Assembly: GCA_963787835.1 (NCBI GenBank)
Contig: CAWBEI010000004.1
Span: forward strand, 1 to 64,000
Length of the DNA stretch: 64,000 nucleotides
Direction: 5' to 3'
From: Ignavibacteriota bacterium
GTDB taxonomy: Bacteria > Bacteroidota > Ignavibacteria > Palsa-1295
Shown: piece by piece, positions 32,805-42,837 of the stretch
Numbering within the stretch: the stretch's first letter is position 1
How the letters are laid out: each line of letters starts with the position of its first letter
Notes under the pieces: model-generated
The model's database searches: none
What the model saw: only the letters and a program-made list of their open reading frames with translations
Told to the model about the DNA's origin: nothing
Program-made: the position numbers and the translations under genes

Positions 32805-35800
32805 TTAGTCTGTGTTCGTCGCAAACTCCACTCTGTTAATCTCTTGCGCTTCCAGCGTACATACTCCAAAGCTCTCCGCAACTTTGCCAGTAACGCGCAA
32901 TGCTTCCGCCGTAGAAAGCTCTGTGTAATACTTGTGATATTGCTCAGGCCAAACAACGGTGTCCATCATTCCTGAGTGATCGGAGAGGTTCAGCATCAGC
33001 ATACTCTCACCACGCTTCGTGGTAACTCGCTTTGTCGCTGCTATGGCTCCGAGAACCGTTACACGTTTACCAACATGCTTCGAAAAATCGGATGAAGAAA
33101 TTTCGGTTTTCGGACATCGAGTGAGAAAATCGCATGGATGATTGGTGACGGAGTAACCGAAGGTGCTTCGCTCCAATCGAAATTGGTATAGTGGATCATA
33201 GTCGCTCAAATGCGAGAGGGAGAAGTGCGAGAGATCATCCGTAAATCCCAACCCCGGTTGTCCTATAAGTTTCTGAGAGTGGGAGGTTCCCAGCATTGCA
33301 GCACGAAATCTAACAAGCGTTTCGACACGCCGAAGGCCGAAAGAGTCACATGCTCCGAGCGTGATAAGGAGTGCGCCGTCCTCCATCGTCACCCCGCTAC
33401 GAATTGCGAAGTCCTCGATGGAAGTAAATGGAGATTCCTCCCGCGACGATAGCAAGCGTTCGACGGAATTGCTGGACAAGCTCTTGAAAGATAGGAACCC
33501 TAATTGGATTGCATTGTCATCGTCAACAGTATGCTCAAAAGAACTCAGATTCACGTCGGGGAGCTTTGCTGTTATCCCAAGCAACCGGGCTTCGTTCAGA
33601 TATTCTTGGTGACGATAGAAACCGCCCTGATTATTCAGCACCGAACAAAGAAACTCAGCAGGATAATAAACTTTCAGCCATGCTTCCTGAAATGAAAGCA
33701 CGGCATAACTCGCTGAATGTGCTTTGCAGAATGAGTAGCCGGAGAACGATACTATTTGCCTCCAAATCTCTCCGGCAACCTTGTCCGATACCCCTTTCGA
33801 TTTGCAACCTTGAAAGAACCTGCCTTCAAGATCAGTCATGCGTTCGTGAGAGCGAGTCTTTCCACTCATTGCACGGCGCATTAGATCGGCTTCCCCGTAA
33901 GTGAGTCCCGCGACTTCGTGCGCGACGGTTAGCACGTCCTCCTGGTACACCATAACGCCGTATGTCTCAGGCATTAGCTTGGCAAGAAGAGGATCGGCGT
34001 TCTTGCGACGTGCGGGGTTACGGTGACGGGCAATGAACTCTTGCATCATTCCACTTTGAGCCACACCCGGACGAATCACTGAGGAAGCGGCAGTGAGATT
34101 TTCGAACGTGTCAGTTCGGAGCTTTCTCAAAAGTCCAATCATTGCAGGACTCTCGATATAAAAGCATCCTCTCGTTTTGCCATTCCGAATAAGTGCCCTT
34201 GTTTGTTCATCGTTAATTGCAATGTTTTCATCCTCCACCGGGGGACGTTTACCAGTGCGCTTCTCAACCATTCGCATCGTGTCCCAATACGTGCCAAGTC
34301 CGCGTGTTGCGAGAATATCAATTTTGGGAAGTTTCCAATCGTCAGCAGTGTACATATCTTGCTGAGTGATCGGCAACCCGCTTGGAGTCATTTGAACAGG
34401 GGTGTAATGCGATAGGGACTTGTCCGCAACAAGCAGCCCTCCGGCGTGCATGTTCAGGTTTCGCGGGAACCCCTCAATTCGTGCGGCGCAAAGCATCCAT
34501 TGTCTAATATCTTCGAGCTTGCTCTGTTCATCCTTCGAACGAGAGACGGCCTTGCCAGTCGCGTGTGCGCTTCGAACGTGTGCCTGTTGCTCATTTATCT
34601 CAGCATCCGTAAATCCAAATGCCTTTCCCGTCTCACGAATCGCTCCCTTCCCGCGATAACACTGCACGGTGCAAAGCATGGCAGCGCGGTCTTTGCCGAA
34701 TTTGTCAATCATGTAGTGAATGACTTCGTACCGATCCTTCCAAATAAAATCTATATCGAAGTCAGGGGGCATGGAGCGTTCGGGATTCAGGAACCGCTCG
34801 AATCTAAGTTTATTCTTTATAGGATCAACGTTCGATATTTCGAGACAATATGCAATGAGGGAGTTCGCACCGGAGCCGCGTCCCAAGTGTGGAAGGTTCT
34901 TGCTCTTTTCAAATCGAATCATATCCCAAACAGAGAGATAGTAGTCTGTTGCGCGGAGTTCATTGATTGTAGTTAACTCGAATTCGAAACGTGTATAGTG
35001 TTCGTCGGTAGGGTGAGGGAATCGCTTTTTGAATCCTTCCTCAGCAAGCACCCGGAGAAATGCCTGAGAATCGTCAACAGGATAATTGGTGAACTTCGAA
35101 TGGGAAAAATCAAGCTCGATGTTGCACGAATCGGCAATCTTCTGAGCATTCAGGAAAGCATCCTCTCCGATTCCTGAGAGGAGTGTTCGGAGTTCGTGTT
35201 CGGAAGTAAAGTGCTGGCTCTCCGCCCCAACTTCCCATGCCGGGACTGTCGTTATCGTCGTATTTGTACCGATCGCTCGAAGGAGTGAGTGCAGTCCATG
35301 CTCTTCGCTCTTCTCAAAGAGAATATCATTCGTCGCAACGCACGGCAACCCAAACCGACGATAGATATTTCGAAGGGATTTCCAGTCCTTCCTTGTGTGG
35401 GATGTTAGCTCGATGAAGAGATTCGGGGTTCTCACCAAAGGGGCAAGTTGTTCGAGAAGAGAAATACTTGATGATAGTATTACAACATTCTCAGATAGTT
35501 CACTGAGGAAAGGCGCGAGTGGCTTGTATTCCGTCTCTTCTTCGATGATCTCAGCTTTTCCCGGCTCTTCACTTTCGAGTGTGAACTTCGGCTTTATTTG
35601 CGGAATGGCTTCCAGCACCGCAGTTACCGTATCGCATAACTCTTTGTAACCATTTGCATTTCGAGCAATGAGAGTGGCAGTCTCAAACCGTGTCCTTAGC
35701 TCCACTCCGATGATCGGTTTGATACCCCGCTTCTTGGCAGCGATATAGAATTCTACTGCCCCGGTCAGATTGTTCGTGTCAGTCTGGGAAATGGCAGTCA

Positions 35801-35894
35801 TTCCCACTTTTGCGGCAAGCTCCACAAGCCGTTCTGGTGGAATCGTCCCGCGACTGAATGAGTAAAATGAGTGCGCGTGTAAATGTGTAAGCAT
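32805..35894 (-). CDS. dnaE2: DNA polymerase III alpha, error-prone DnaE2 type
   Basis: HLHAHSFYSF PHP start, GRGSGANS, PPDFDIDF, KIDIL, FCKAHSASY, NNQGGFY; ends after the OB fold; in operon with dinB. Confidence 0.88.
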   Translation of the reverse strand: MLTHLHAHSFYSFSRGTIPPERLVELAAKVGMTAISQTDTNNLTGAVEFYIAAKKRGIKPIIGVELRTRFETATLIARNANGYKELCDTVTAVLEAIPQIKPKFTLESEEPGKAEIIEEETEYKPLAPFLSELSENVVILSSSISLLEQLAPLVRTPNLFIELTSHTRKDWKSLRNIYRRFGLPCVATNDILFEKSEEHGLHSLLRAIGTNTTITTVPAWEVGAESQHFTSEHELRTLLSGIGEDAFLNAQKIADSCNIELDFSHSKFTNYPVDDSQAFLRVLAEEGFKKRFPHPTDEHYTRFEFELTTINELRATDYYLSVWDMIRFEKSKNLPHLGRGSGANSLIAYCLEISNVDPIKNKLRFERFLNPERSMPPDFDIDFIWKDRYEVIHYMIDKFGKDRAAMLCTVQCYRGKGAIRETGKAFGFTDAEINEQQAHVRSAHATGKAVSRSKDEQSKLEDIRQWMLCAARIEGFPRNLNMHAGGLLVADKSLSHYTPVQMTPSGLPITQQDMYTADDWKLPKIDILATRGLGTYWDTMRMVEKRTGKRPPVEDENIAINDEQTRALIRNGKTRGCFYIESPAMIGLLRKLRTDTFENLTAASSVIRPGVAQSGMMQEFIARHRNPARRKNADPLLAKLMPETYGVMVYQEDVLTVAHEVAGLTYGEADLMRRAMSGKTRSHERMTDLEGRFFQGCKSKGVSDKVAGEIWRQIVSFSGYSFCKAHSASYAVLSFQEAWLKVYYPAEFLCSVLNNQGGFYRHQEYLNEARLLGITAKLPDVNLSSFEHTVDDDNAIQLGFLSFKSLSSNSVERLLSSREESPFTSIEDFAIRSGVTMEDGALLITLGACDSFGLRRVETLVRFRAAMLGTSHSQKLIGQPGLGFTDDLSHFSLSHLSDYDPLYQFRLERSTFGYSVTNHPCDFLTRCPKTEISSSDFSKHVGKRVTVLGAIAATKRVTTKRGESMLMLNLSDHSGMMDTVVWPEQYHKYYTELSTAEALRVTGKVAESFGVCTLEAQEINRVEFATNTD

Positions 35895-35896
35895 GG

Positions 35897-36598
35897 CTAT
35901 TTTGAAATGATGGATGTTAAAGTGATCGCTGTTTCGAGTGCCGAATGAGCTGGGTGCGTCGCGACAATGACTGTTACACAATCGGCTTCTTCCCTCAGTG
36001 TGCAAATTCTTTTGGCAATGGGAGAAAGCTCCGCACTGCTATACTCATACATAAACCGCTCGTTCGGATGATGTTCGAACCAAGTGCGCTTGTTTCTGCC
36101 GAGAAGCCGGAGCAATGAATGCTTCCCGTTTGAAGGCATTTCCCTTATGATTCCCGGCAGTGCAGGAGTGTCATGCTGAACGATGAGACTCTTCGCTCCA
36201 CGCAACACCTCCTTGCCATGTGACCATGAATGATGTTCAAATTCTAAAAAGCACCTGAGCGGGTACAGGGATTCAACAATCTCCTGCAACTTGTCAAGCT
36301 GCTTCGGGTCGTATTCACAGGATCGTTCTAATGATAGAATGAGCGTGTCCCGAATAGGATCGAGAGCATTAACGAACAAGGGCCAGGACGAATGAAGAAA
36401 GTATTTCTGTTCGGATTCAAAATCGCTAATCGTCACGCGCCACACCGGGCGAGCAATAGTCAGTTGAACTTTGTTGACGATACTTAGTTCCGGCAATCCA
36501 TGAACGCTGAATGAAAATTCGAGCGTTGGGAAACGCGACACTGAGCCGGTTCCAAACAGGCCGTGCCCATCTACTCCGATGAAGATACTATCTTTCAT
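35897..36598 (-). CDS. Divergent DUF72-like protein
   Basis: LEFEHHSW, LRLLGRN...W...ERFMYEYSSAEL match the DUF72 layout; IGTSGW and FNN motifs degenerate; ATGA overlap with dinB. Confidence 0.6.
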   Translation of the reverse strand: MKDSIFIGVDGHGLFGTGSVSRFPTLEFSFSVHGLPELSIVNKVQLTIARPVWRVTISDFESEQKYFLHSSWPLFVNALDPIRDTLILSLERSCEYDPKQLDKLQEIVESLYPLRCFLEFEHHSWSHGKEVLRGAKSLIVQHDTPALPGIIREMPSNGKHSLLRLLGRNKRTWFEHHPNERFMYEYSSAELSPIAKRICTLREEADCVTVIVATHPAHSALETAITLTSIISK

Positions 36599-37758
36599 GC
36601 CGCGATTGCACTTGCAAATCCTACCATTCGTTTTCCATATTTATCCCGTATCGAATCAATCGCACTATAAAGTGGATCGGCTGCTTTCTCTTCCTGAAAA
36701 AGATATTGCTGTTCCAAGTCTTCGAGGAGCGTGTTCGCTTCAAGCCCTAAGAGCCGAATTCGCATCCGGCGTGTCCACAACGCCTCGAAGAGTTTTGAAG
36801 CCAGCCTATAAATCTCTTGGTCTTTATTGGTCCAAGAACAGGTGAGTGTTTTCGTGAAGGTGGAGAAATCGGAATAGCGGAGCATGAGCGTGAGTTTTTT
36901 CGTAAGTAGCTTTGCACTCCGAAGATCGCTGGCAAGTTGAGAGGAGAGTGTAAGAAGTTCAGAATACAGTTTGTCTTGCTCCATCAGATCCTCTCCAAAT
37001 GTCTTGCTTCTGGAATAACTTTTTTGCTCTCTTGTGGGAAGTACCAGAGAGTGATCTATACCCTGAGCGCGTTCGTGCAGATTGCTTCCTGCTTTCTGTC
37101 CGAAGAAACGAGAGAGGATCGGCACCGGGGTTTGAGCAAGTTGACCGATACGCTGCACTCCAAGCCTCGTTAGCTTTATTTCGTTGACCTCTCCGACACC
37201 CGGCAGTGCTCGAATGTTGAGCGGCGAAAGGAATACTGCTTCACCGCCAGCGGCAACTTTGAAGTGCCGTGCCTCTCCCTTCTTGGCAAATTCGGTGGTT
37301 GCCACTTTTGCAATCAGCTTGTTCGAGGCCAAACCACAAGAGAGAGGCAGGTTCGTCTCTCCGCTTACTTCCTTTCGGATAGCTTGTGCCCAGCGATAGG
37401 TGTCACCCTTTAGCGATTCCGTGCGGGAAAGATCGAGATAGAATTCATCCACGCTTGCCGTTTGGCAGATAGGAGCAAGCTCTGTGAGCATTTCACGAAC
37501 GAGCTTCGAATACTCGGCATAGTAAATATAACTGCCATTTAGAAAGGCTGCGTCAGGGCAAAGCCGGTATGCCCTCCTAATCGGCATTGCGGAGTGTACT
37601 CCGAAGGCTCTTGCTTCGTAGCTACACCCAGCGACAACGCCGCGCCCGAAAGGATTGCCCCCGACGATCACGGGCCTGTTATTCAGCGCCGGGTCAAGAA
37701 GCCGCTCCACAGAGACGAAGAAGGTATCAAGGTCAAGATGTACAATTTGATTTTCCAT
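36595..37758 (-). CDS. dinB: DNA polymerase IV (Y family)
   Basis: HLDLDTFFVSVE, SYEARAFGV, ASVDEFYLD, NKLIAK; clamp-binding-like QQYLF. Confidence 0.92.
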   Translation of the reverse strand: MENQIVHLDLDTFFVSVERLLDPALNNRPVIVGGNPFGRGVVAGCSYEARAFGVHSAMPIRRAYRLCPDAAFLNGSYIYYAEYSKLVREMLTELAPICQTASVDEFYLDLSRTESLKGDTYRWAQAIRKEVSGETNLPLSCGLASNKLIAKVATTEFAKKGEARHFKVAAGGEAVFLSPLNIRALPGVGEVNEIKLTRLGVQRIGQLAQTPVPILSRFFGQKAGSNLHERAQGIDHSLVLPTREQKSYSRSKTFGEDLMEQDKLYSELLTLSSQLASDLRSAKLLTKKLTLMLRYSDFSTFTKTLTCSWTNKDQEIYRLASKLFEALWTRRMRIRLLGLEANTLLEDLEQQYLFQEEKAADPLYSAIDSIRDKYGKRMVGFASAIAA

Positions 37759-37763
37759 GCGCA

Positions 37764-37808
37764 ATAGGTGCCTATCACCACAAGAAGGGCAACAATATGA
37801 GCACCTAT
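37764..37808. promoter_or_regulatory. Tandem palindromic operator ATAGGYRCCTAT upstream of dinB
   Basis: ATAGGTGCCTAT at 37764-37775 and ATGAGCACCTAT at 37797-37808; same motif at 49371 and 49605. Confidence 0.65.
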
Positions 37809-37891
37809 CGCTGGTTCCGCTCGAAAAAAAGTGAGTGAGAAAACGGGTGCCTGGGGGAGAATGAAATTGAACGAGCGTTGTTTTCTATATT

Positions 37892-38842
37892 ATGGAATTT
37901 TCAGTGGAAAGCACCGCTCCGAAATTAAAGGAGCTTGAAAAACAAGGCATTTATATCGGCACTTCTTCGTGGAAGTACGAGGGATGGATCGGACAGGTCT
38001 ATAATGCAGACTATTCCGGGCCGCGCTCGAAGGTACAAAAGAAGCGTTTTGAGTCAGAGTGCCTTTCCGAATTTGCAGACATTTTTCCAACAGTATGTTT
38101 TGACGGAGGATATTGGCGGTTCCCGGAGCCGAAACAACTTGCCAAATATGCCGAGCAAGTGCCGGTCGATTTCAGGTTCGCAATCAAAGTAACGAACTCG
38201 ATCACGGAGCGGCGAGATCATAGGGGCGTTCCAAATGCAGGATTTTTGGACTCGCAGCTTTATAGGGAACATTTCTTCGAACCAACAGTAAGCGCACTTG
38301 GCAAAAAACTTGGCCCTATTATTATCGAATTCTCCCCGTTCTTTTTTGGAAGACCTTACGGGCAATTAGATTATTCGCCACTTCAATTCGTCAAAGACCT
38401 CCACAAATTCTTATCGCTCATTCCAAAAACGGATACAATGCTTTCTGTGGAAGTGCGAGACCCCGAACTACTTTCATTCCCTCGATATTTCGATTGCCTG
38501 GAATATCATGGAGTCGCACACGTACTGAACGAGCAAACGCACATGCCGGAGTTATTGGAACAGCTTGAGATTCCCGGTATATTTCCCGCGTCGTTCAGTG
38601 TGATCCGTGCTCTCGTAAGGCCGGGTGTTAAGCATAACGCCGCAGTGGAAGAATTCGAACCGTACAATCGAACGCAGTTAGAGTTACCACAACTACGACA
38701 GGGTATCGCTGAGGCTGTCAAGCAATCCACGGCTTCAAATCGAGGGCTTTACACGTATATTAATAACCGCACCGAGGGCAATGCACCGAATACGATTGCA
38801 GGGGTGCTTGACTTGCTTTTTCCGGGGAAGAAACCCGTTTGA
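37892..38842 (+). CDS. DUF72 family protein
   Basis: YIGTSSWKYEGW, FRFAIKV, KLGPIIIEF, VEVRD, YINNRTEGNAP. Confidence 0.88.
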   Translation: MEFSVESTAPKLKELEKQGIYIGTSSWKYEGWIGQVYNADYSGPRSKVQKKRFESECLSEFADIFPTVCFDGGYWRFPEPKQLAKYAEQVPVDFRFAIKVTNSITERRDHRGVPNAGFLDSQLYREHFFEPTVSALGKKLGPIIIEFSPFFFGRPYGQLDYSPLQFVKDLHKFLSLIPKTDTMLSVEVRDPELLSFPRYFDCLEYHGVAHVLNEQTHMPELLEQLEIPGIFPASFSVIRALVRPGVKHNAAVEEFEPYNRTQLELPQLRQGIAEAVKQSTASNRGLYTYINNRTEGNAPNTIAGVLDLLFPGKKPV

Positions 38843-38855
38843 TTGCTTGGCTGAT

Positions 38856-39110
38856 ATGGAGAACAAAGAAACAGAAGAACTTGAAGGGAATCTCATCGGA
38901 GTCGAAGAAATGATCGAGGCAGCTTGGTGCGGCATCTATTGGGCACCACTCAAAGGTGAAGAAATGGAAACAGCACTTGCACGAATTGATTTGTGGCAGA
39001 AGGAAGCGGACAACATTGCGAGACACTTGGGATTAAACGCCTTGCTCGCACCTGCTGGAATTGCGGTTACTCCCATTTCTCATTTGAGTTCGGAGAATTT
39101 GAGCATTTAA
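38856..39110 (+). CDS. Small hypothetical protein
   Basis: MENKETEEL... just downstream of DUF72. Confidence 0.4.
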   Translation: MENKETEELEGNLIGVEEMIEAAWCGIYWAPLKGEEMETALARIDLWQKEADNIARHLGLNALLAPAGIAVTPISHLSSENLSI

Positions 39111-39263
39111 AAAAATCTTCGAAGGCCGAACTCCTTCACGTACTGTCCCGGTTTGGGGAACGACCGCTGATGTGAGGCCTAGGAAATGCCCTTAGAAGCA
39201 ATAGCGGCCTGCTTCGCAGCGAACGCATAAGAATCACTGACGATCACAACACCGGAAACCTAA

Positions 39264-39980
39264 GTGCCAACGAAGGGAACTACTACAAATGAACTGACCA
39301 AAACGGACGGTTCTAAGCCGAAGAATAAGAGACCCAGACTCATTTCTAAGCGTGAATTCAACCGATTGGAAATTCATGGGTCGAGGGCGGAGATACTTGC
39401 GAAGTTGCGAGAGTTTGTTAGTGATCGTGGCGGTCATAACAAGAAGGCGATTACAGAAGCTGATTATTGGAAAAAGATTTTTTCTTTGCGTAATGCTCCG
39501 TCTTATGAAAAGTGGCACATCGGAATAAGGACTGGCTCACCAAATTTTCAAATTTTCCTTAGCCCAGGCAAGAGCAATCCTGTTTCAACAACATTTGAGA
39601 TCGATGAGGAACTTCGTCCCCTCCCTTCTGATGAAGAGATTCGTGACAACCGGGAGTGGTGGAGGGCTTCTAAGCACGCCGCTAAAATCGAAGAAAAATT
39701 TCAACAAATGATACGGGAAAGAGAACTTCGTGAAAACCTATGGGGATCAGAGGGAGGGTTAGCTGCTAAACTCGCGTTGCTCGGCCAGATTATAGATCAC
39801 TCAGGATTTTCTGAGAAGGTTTTGGTATTCGAGCTTAGTTCAGAAATTGGTTTTTCAAGAATGGCCGAGATCATGGAGGCATACTGCCAGCTTTCACCCG
39901 ACGAGATAGAAAAGAGGCTTGAAGAATACCTCCCCTCTCTCTTAGAGGAGGTCGAACGCAGGCGTAAGGGAGGATTCTAA
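39264..39980 (+). CDS. Hypothetical protein at the island right end
   Basis: 238-aa ORF containing RGGHNKK; start uncertain. Confidence 0.55.
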   Translation: MPTKGTTTNELTKTDGSKPKNKRPRLISKREFNRLEIHGSRAEILAKLREFVSDRGGHNKKAITEADYWKKIFSLRNAPSYEKWHIGIRTGSPNFQIFLSPGKSNPVSTTFEIDEELRPLPSDEEIRDNREWWRASKHAAKIEEKFQQMIRERELRENLWGSEGGLAAKLALLGQIIDHSGFSEKVLVFELSSEIGFSRMAEIMEAYCQLSPDEIEKRLEEYLPSLLEEVERRRKGGF

Positions 39981-40085
39981 ACGGAAAAGGAGCACTACGG
40001 GTCCCGACATTTTGAAAAGTTTTCAAAATGTTGTAGGACTTTGATGGATGAATTACCTCAACGAAAGAAAACCGGTCTGAAATAG

Positions 40086-40106
40086 GTCAATCAAAAGTCA
40101 ATCACT
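40086..40106 (+). promoter_or_regulatory. Putative integrase arm-type site (right)
   Basis: GTCAATCAAaagTCAATCACT; twin of 17846-17866. Confidence 0.65.
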
Positions 40107-40175
40107 TTTTTGCATTCAAACGCCAAAAAGAAACGTGAATGAAGCCTGTAATGTTGTCATTTCCGAATCCCAAAT

Positions 40176-40293
40176 ACACCGAAATCGAACGAAAGAACGA
40201 AGTGCCAACAAAGTTCATAATAGCGTTTTGAGGGCTTCTGTAGCGGATTTATAGGGGAAGGCACTCCCCTTCGGTGTAGCTATGGAGGCCCTC
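40176..40293 (+). ncRNA. Putative structured RNA upstream of tRNA-Ser, right (island-side) copy
   Basis: tacaccgaa/ttcggtgta, agtgcc/ggcact and 15-bp gagggcttctgtagc/gctatggaggccctc stem with G-U pairs. Confidence 0.6.
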
Positions 40294-40327
40294 TCTGTCA
40301 TTCCAACAGATCGTTGGAGGGACTCCC

Positions 40328-40414
40328 GGAGAGGTGGCCGAGTGGCTGAAGGCAACGGTTTGCTAAACCGTCATAGGTTAACCCCTATCGCGAGTTCGAA
40401 TCTCGCCCTCTCCG
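40328..40414 (+). tRNA. tRNA-Ser(GCT), intact (attR)
   Basis: GGAGAGG/CCTCTCC acceptor, ACGGT-TTGCTAA-ACCGT anticodon arm, long variable arm ATAGG/CCTAT, GCGAG-TTCGAAT-CTCGC, discriminator G; CCA not encoded. Confidence 0.96.
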
Positions 40415-40480
40415 CATAGCTTTGAAGTGTTCACGTCATAAGTTAAAATGTTTTTTTGAAGTCTGGCAAGGTTATTCTGT

Positions 40481-40798
40481 ATGAAATCTACAGAAGAAGT
40501 ATATAATGATGTTGCTGCGGAGCTCGCCGAAAATGGTGCAGTGATCAGTCAGATGTTCGGAATGCCTGCACTCAAAATAAAGGGGAAGGCGTTCGCAGGA
40601 TTTTGGAACGATGTTATGATCTTCAAACTTAGCGGGGAATCACATAAAAAAGCACTCGAGGAACCGGGAGCAACACTCTTTGAACCAATGGCTGGCCGTA
40701 AAATGAAGGAATGGGTCCAGATACCTCTTTCCAATGCAAAAAAATGGAAGATGTTTGCCGAAGATGCTCGAGGGTATGTTTCGAAACTGAAAAAGTAA
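40481..40798 (+). CDS. TfoX N-terminal-like protein
   Basis: QMFGMPALKIKGKAFAG...FEPMAGRKMKEWV. Confidence 0.75.
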   Translation: MKSTEEVYNDVAAELAENGAVISQMFGMPALKIKGKAFAGFWNDVMIFKLSGESHKKALEEPGATLFEPMAGRKMKEWVQIPLSNAKKWKMFAEDARGYVSKLKK

Positions 40799-40813
40799 AA
40801 GGAAATAGTCGTT

Positions 40814-41185
40814 CTAATTAGAAGTGGCAGTAGGGAACAGTTGTGCATGGATCGCCTTCCTGCGTTTGTCGCTCCAGGAACCATGCATTGCACTAACAAC
40901 ACCGATCAGTGAGTAGGACATGCCTGCAAGGGGGATGTAAGCAGGTGGCAGAGCAGTTGCAAGCGTTAGCGAGAGGACTCCCACGCCAGCGAAATCCCTC
41001 CCGAGCACCGAGTTTTTTTGAAGCTGCTTGTTTAGTGAACATGAGTGAGCATCCCAGAAAGCACTATCAGGCAAGAGGATAGTGTTGTCCTTCCAATGCG
41101 CAGACTGTTCGAGAAGTTTCAATCTCGTTTTTGAGCATAATGATCCAACGATGGTCGGAGGATGATCGAATTGTATTTGATTCAA
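40814..41185 (-). CDS. Hypothetical membrane protein
   Basis: 123-aa ORF with two C-terminal hydrophobic stretches. Confidence 0.45.
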   Translation of the reverse strand: MNQIQFDHPPTIVGSLCSKTRLKLLEQSAHWKDNTILLPDSAFWDAHSCSLNKQLQKNSVLGRDFAGVGVLSLTLATALPPAYIPLAGMSYSLIGVVSAMHGSWSDKRRKAIHAQLFPTATSN

Positions 41186-41260
41186 TAAAGTTTATGGAAG
41201 ATGCGTTGGTTTTTATGCTCAAAATTAAACTTTGTAGTCAGAACCATATAATAATAGATC

Positions 41261-42837
41261 ATGAAATACGCATTCCTTTTTCTTCTGCTCGTAAGTCCAT
41301 GTGCGGCGGAATCACAGCCAATAAACAGCCAGCTTTCGACGACGATCTTTCGGAATACCGAGCCGATGATCGCAATAAACCCCGCAAACAGCCACGAGCT
41401 GGTTGTAGCGTGGATGTCCATTCATGTGCTAAGCATGGCGATCGCGACGCGGCCTCATCGGATGGCGGTTCAACCTGGAGCGAACCGGTATATCTCCCTC
41501 ATAACGGAGTGGGATGGGAGTCGGCGGATGTCACAATGGCGTGGGGCAAGAACGGCACACTCTATCTTGTTTATGTTGATTATATTCCTAATACGAACAG
41601 CGATGGCGGTGATTTCATCGTGAGTTCTACAGATGGCGGCCATACATGGTCTGCGCCGGTAAAGGCGATCGATGCGTCGGCAGATACGGATGTTTCGCTC
41701 GACCGTCCGTGGCTTGTTGTCGATACCAGCGGCACGGCCACCAATGGGAATCTCTACTTATGTACGAAACCGGCGCCATGGAACCCACTACCAAATCATT
41801 CCTATTTCACACGTTCTACCGACGGAGGCCAGGATTGGGATCCTGAACGGGTGCTGGACACGGTTACGTATTCCGCTCAGCTTATTCCGGCTCCCATGGG
41901 TTCCCCGGCGGTTGCCAGCAATGGCACACTCTATATTGCATATCCGTATCTTAGCGGTTTGAGCGGCGGTTTTGCACTTGCTGTTTCTCATGATGGCGGT
42001 TTAAGTTTTACTCGATCGTTCTTACTGTTGCCGTACGTCGGAGCTAAAATGAATGATTCCGTGAAGGATGCCTTTCGGCTGATCGTCAATCCTGCCAATC
42101 CAGATCACTTGCTCTTTGCATGGGCCGATCAACGCAATGGCGATTACGACATCTTCGCTTCGGCATCGACCAACGCCGGTGCAAGTTGGTCTGCGCCTGA
42201 GCGTGTGAACGACGATCCCATCGGTAATGGAGTAATGCAGGATATGCTCTGGCCAACGTTCGGCGTAAATGGTTCACTCGCGATGATCTGGCGCGATCGC
42301 CGGAATGGCCTGCCGAATGGGTACGCCTCCGCAAGCGATACCTATGTAGCCACCTCCAGCAATGGCGGATTGAACTGGTCAGGCAATCGGCGTCTTAGTT
42401 CTGCAACGGCATCATACGATAGTATCTTGTTTGGTCCCGGCAACGATTTTATGTCCGCAGCGATCGCAAATGATTCTCTTTACGCGGTGTGGGCTGATAC
42501 AAGGTCGGATAGCCTTCGAGTCTTCTTTGCAGCGATCTCTATGGAAGGATCGAGCGGTGTTACTTCCCAGATCGTATCTCAACGTCCCGATCTGATCGTG
42601 ATCCCCAATCCTGCGTCGGGAACCGCAAGCCTATCGTTTCAATTACCTTCATCGGAGCCATGCACGATCTCGATCTATAACGAGGATGGTATAGTAGTTC
42701 GCCAGGTATTACGTGAGATGCTGCCATCCGGTACCCACCTGATCCAGTGCCCTGTTTCGGGGCTTCCCAATGGTAGTTATTTCATCGAGCTTCAGACCCC
42801 GAACGGGGTATCACGGGCGAAGTTGACGCTTAAGTAG
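41261..42837 (+). CDS. Secreted BNR/Asp-box (sialidase-like) protein with T9SS-type C-terminal domain; frameshift near 41455
   Basis: Signal peptide MKYAFLFLLLVS in one frame; repeated SxDGGxTW Asp-boxes; IPNPASG...ISIYN...LPNGSYFIEL CTD. Confidence 0.8.

Larger units (their letters stand above)
17757..40371. mobile_element. ~22.6 kb integrative island (decayed phage/satellite-like) in tRNA-Ser(GCT)
   Basis: 44-bp direct repeat, tyrosine integrase at the left end, repeated arm-like sites, terminase-small-like gene, defence and mutagenesis cargo. Confidence 0.88.

Noticed and set aside
17757-40371. Intact prophage or conjugative ICE
   Set aside because: No capsid, portal, tail, lysis, relaxase or T4SS genes.
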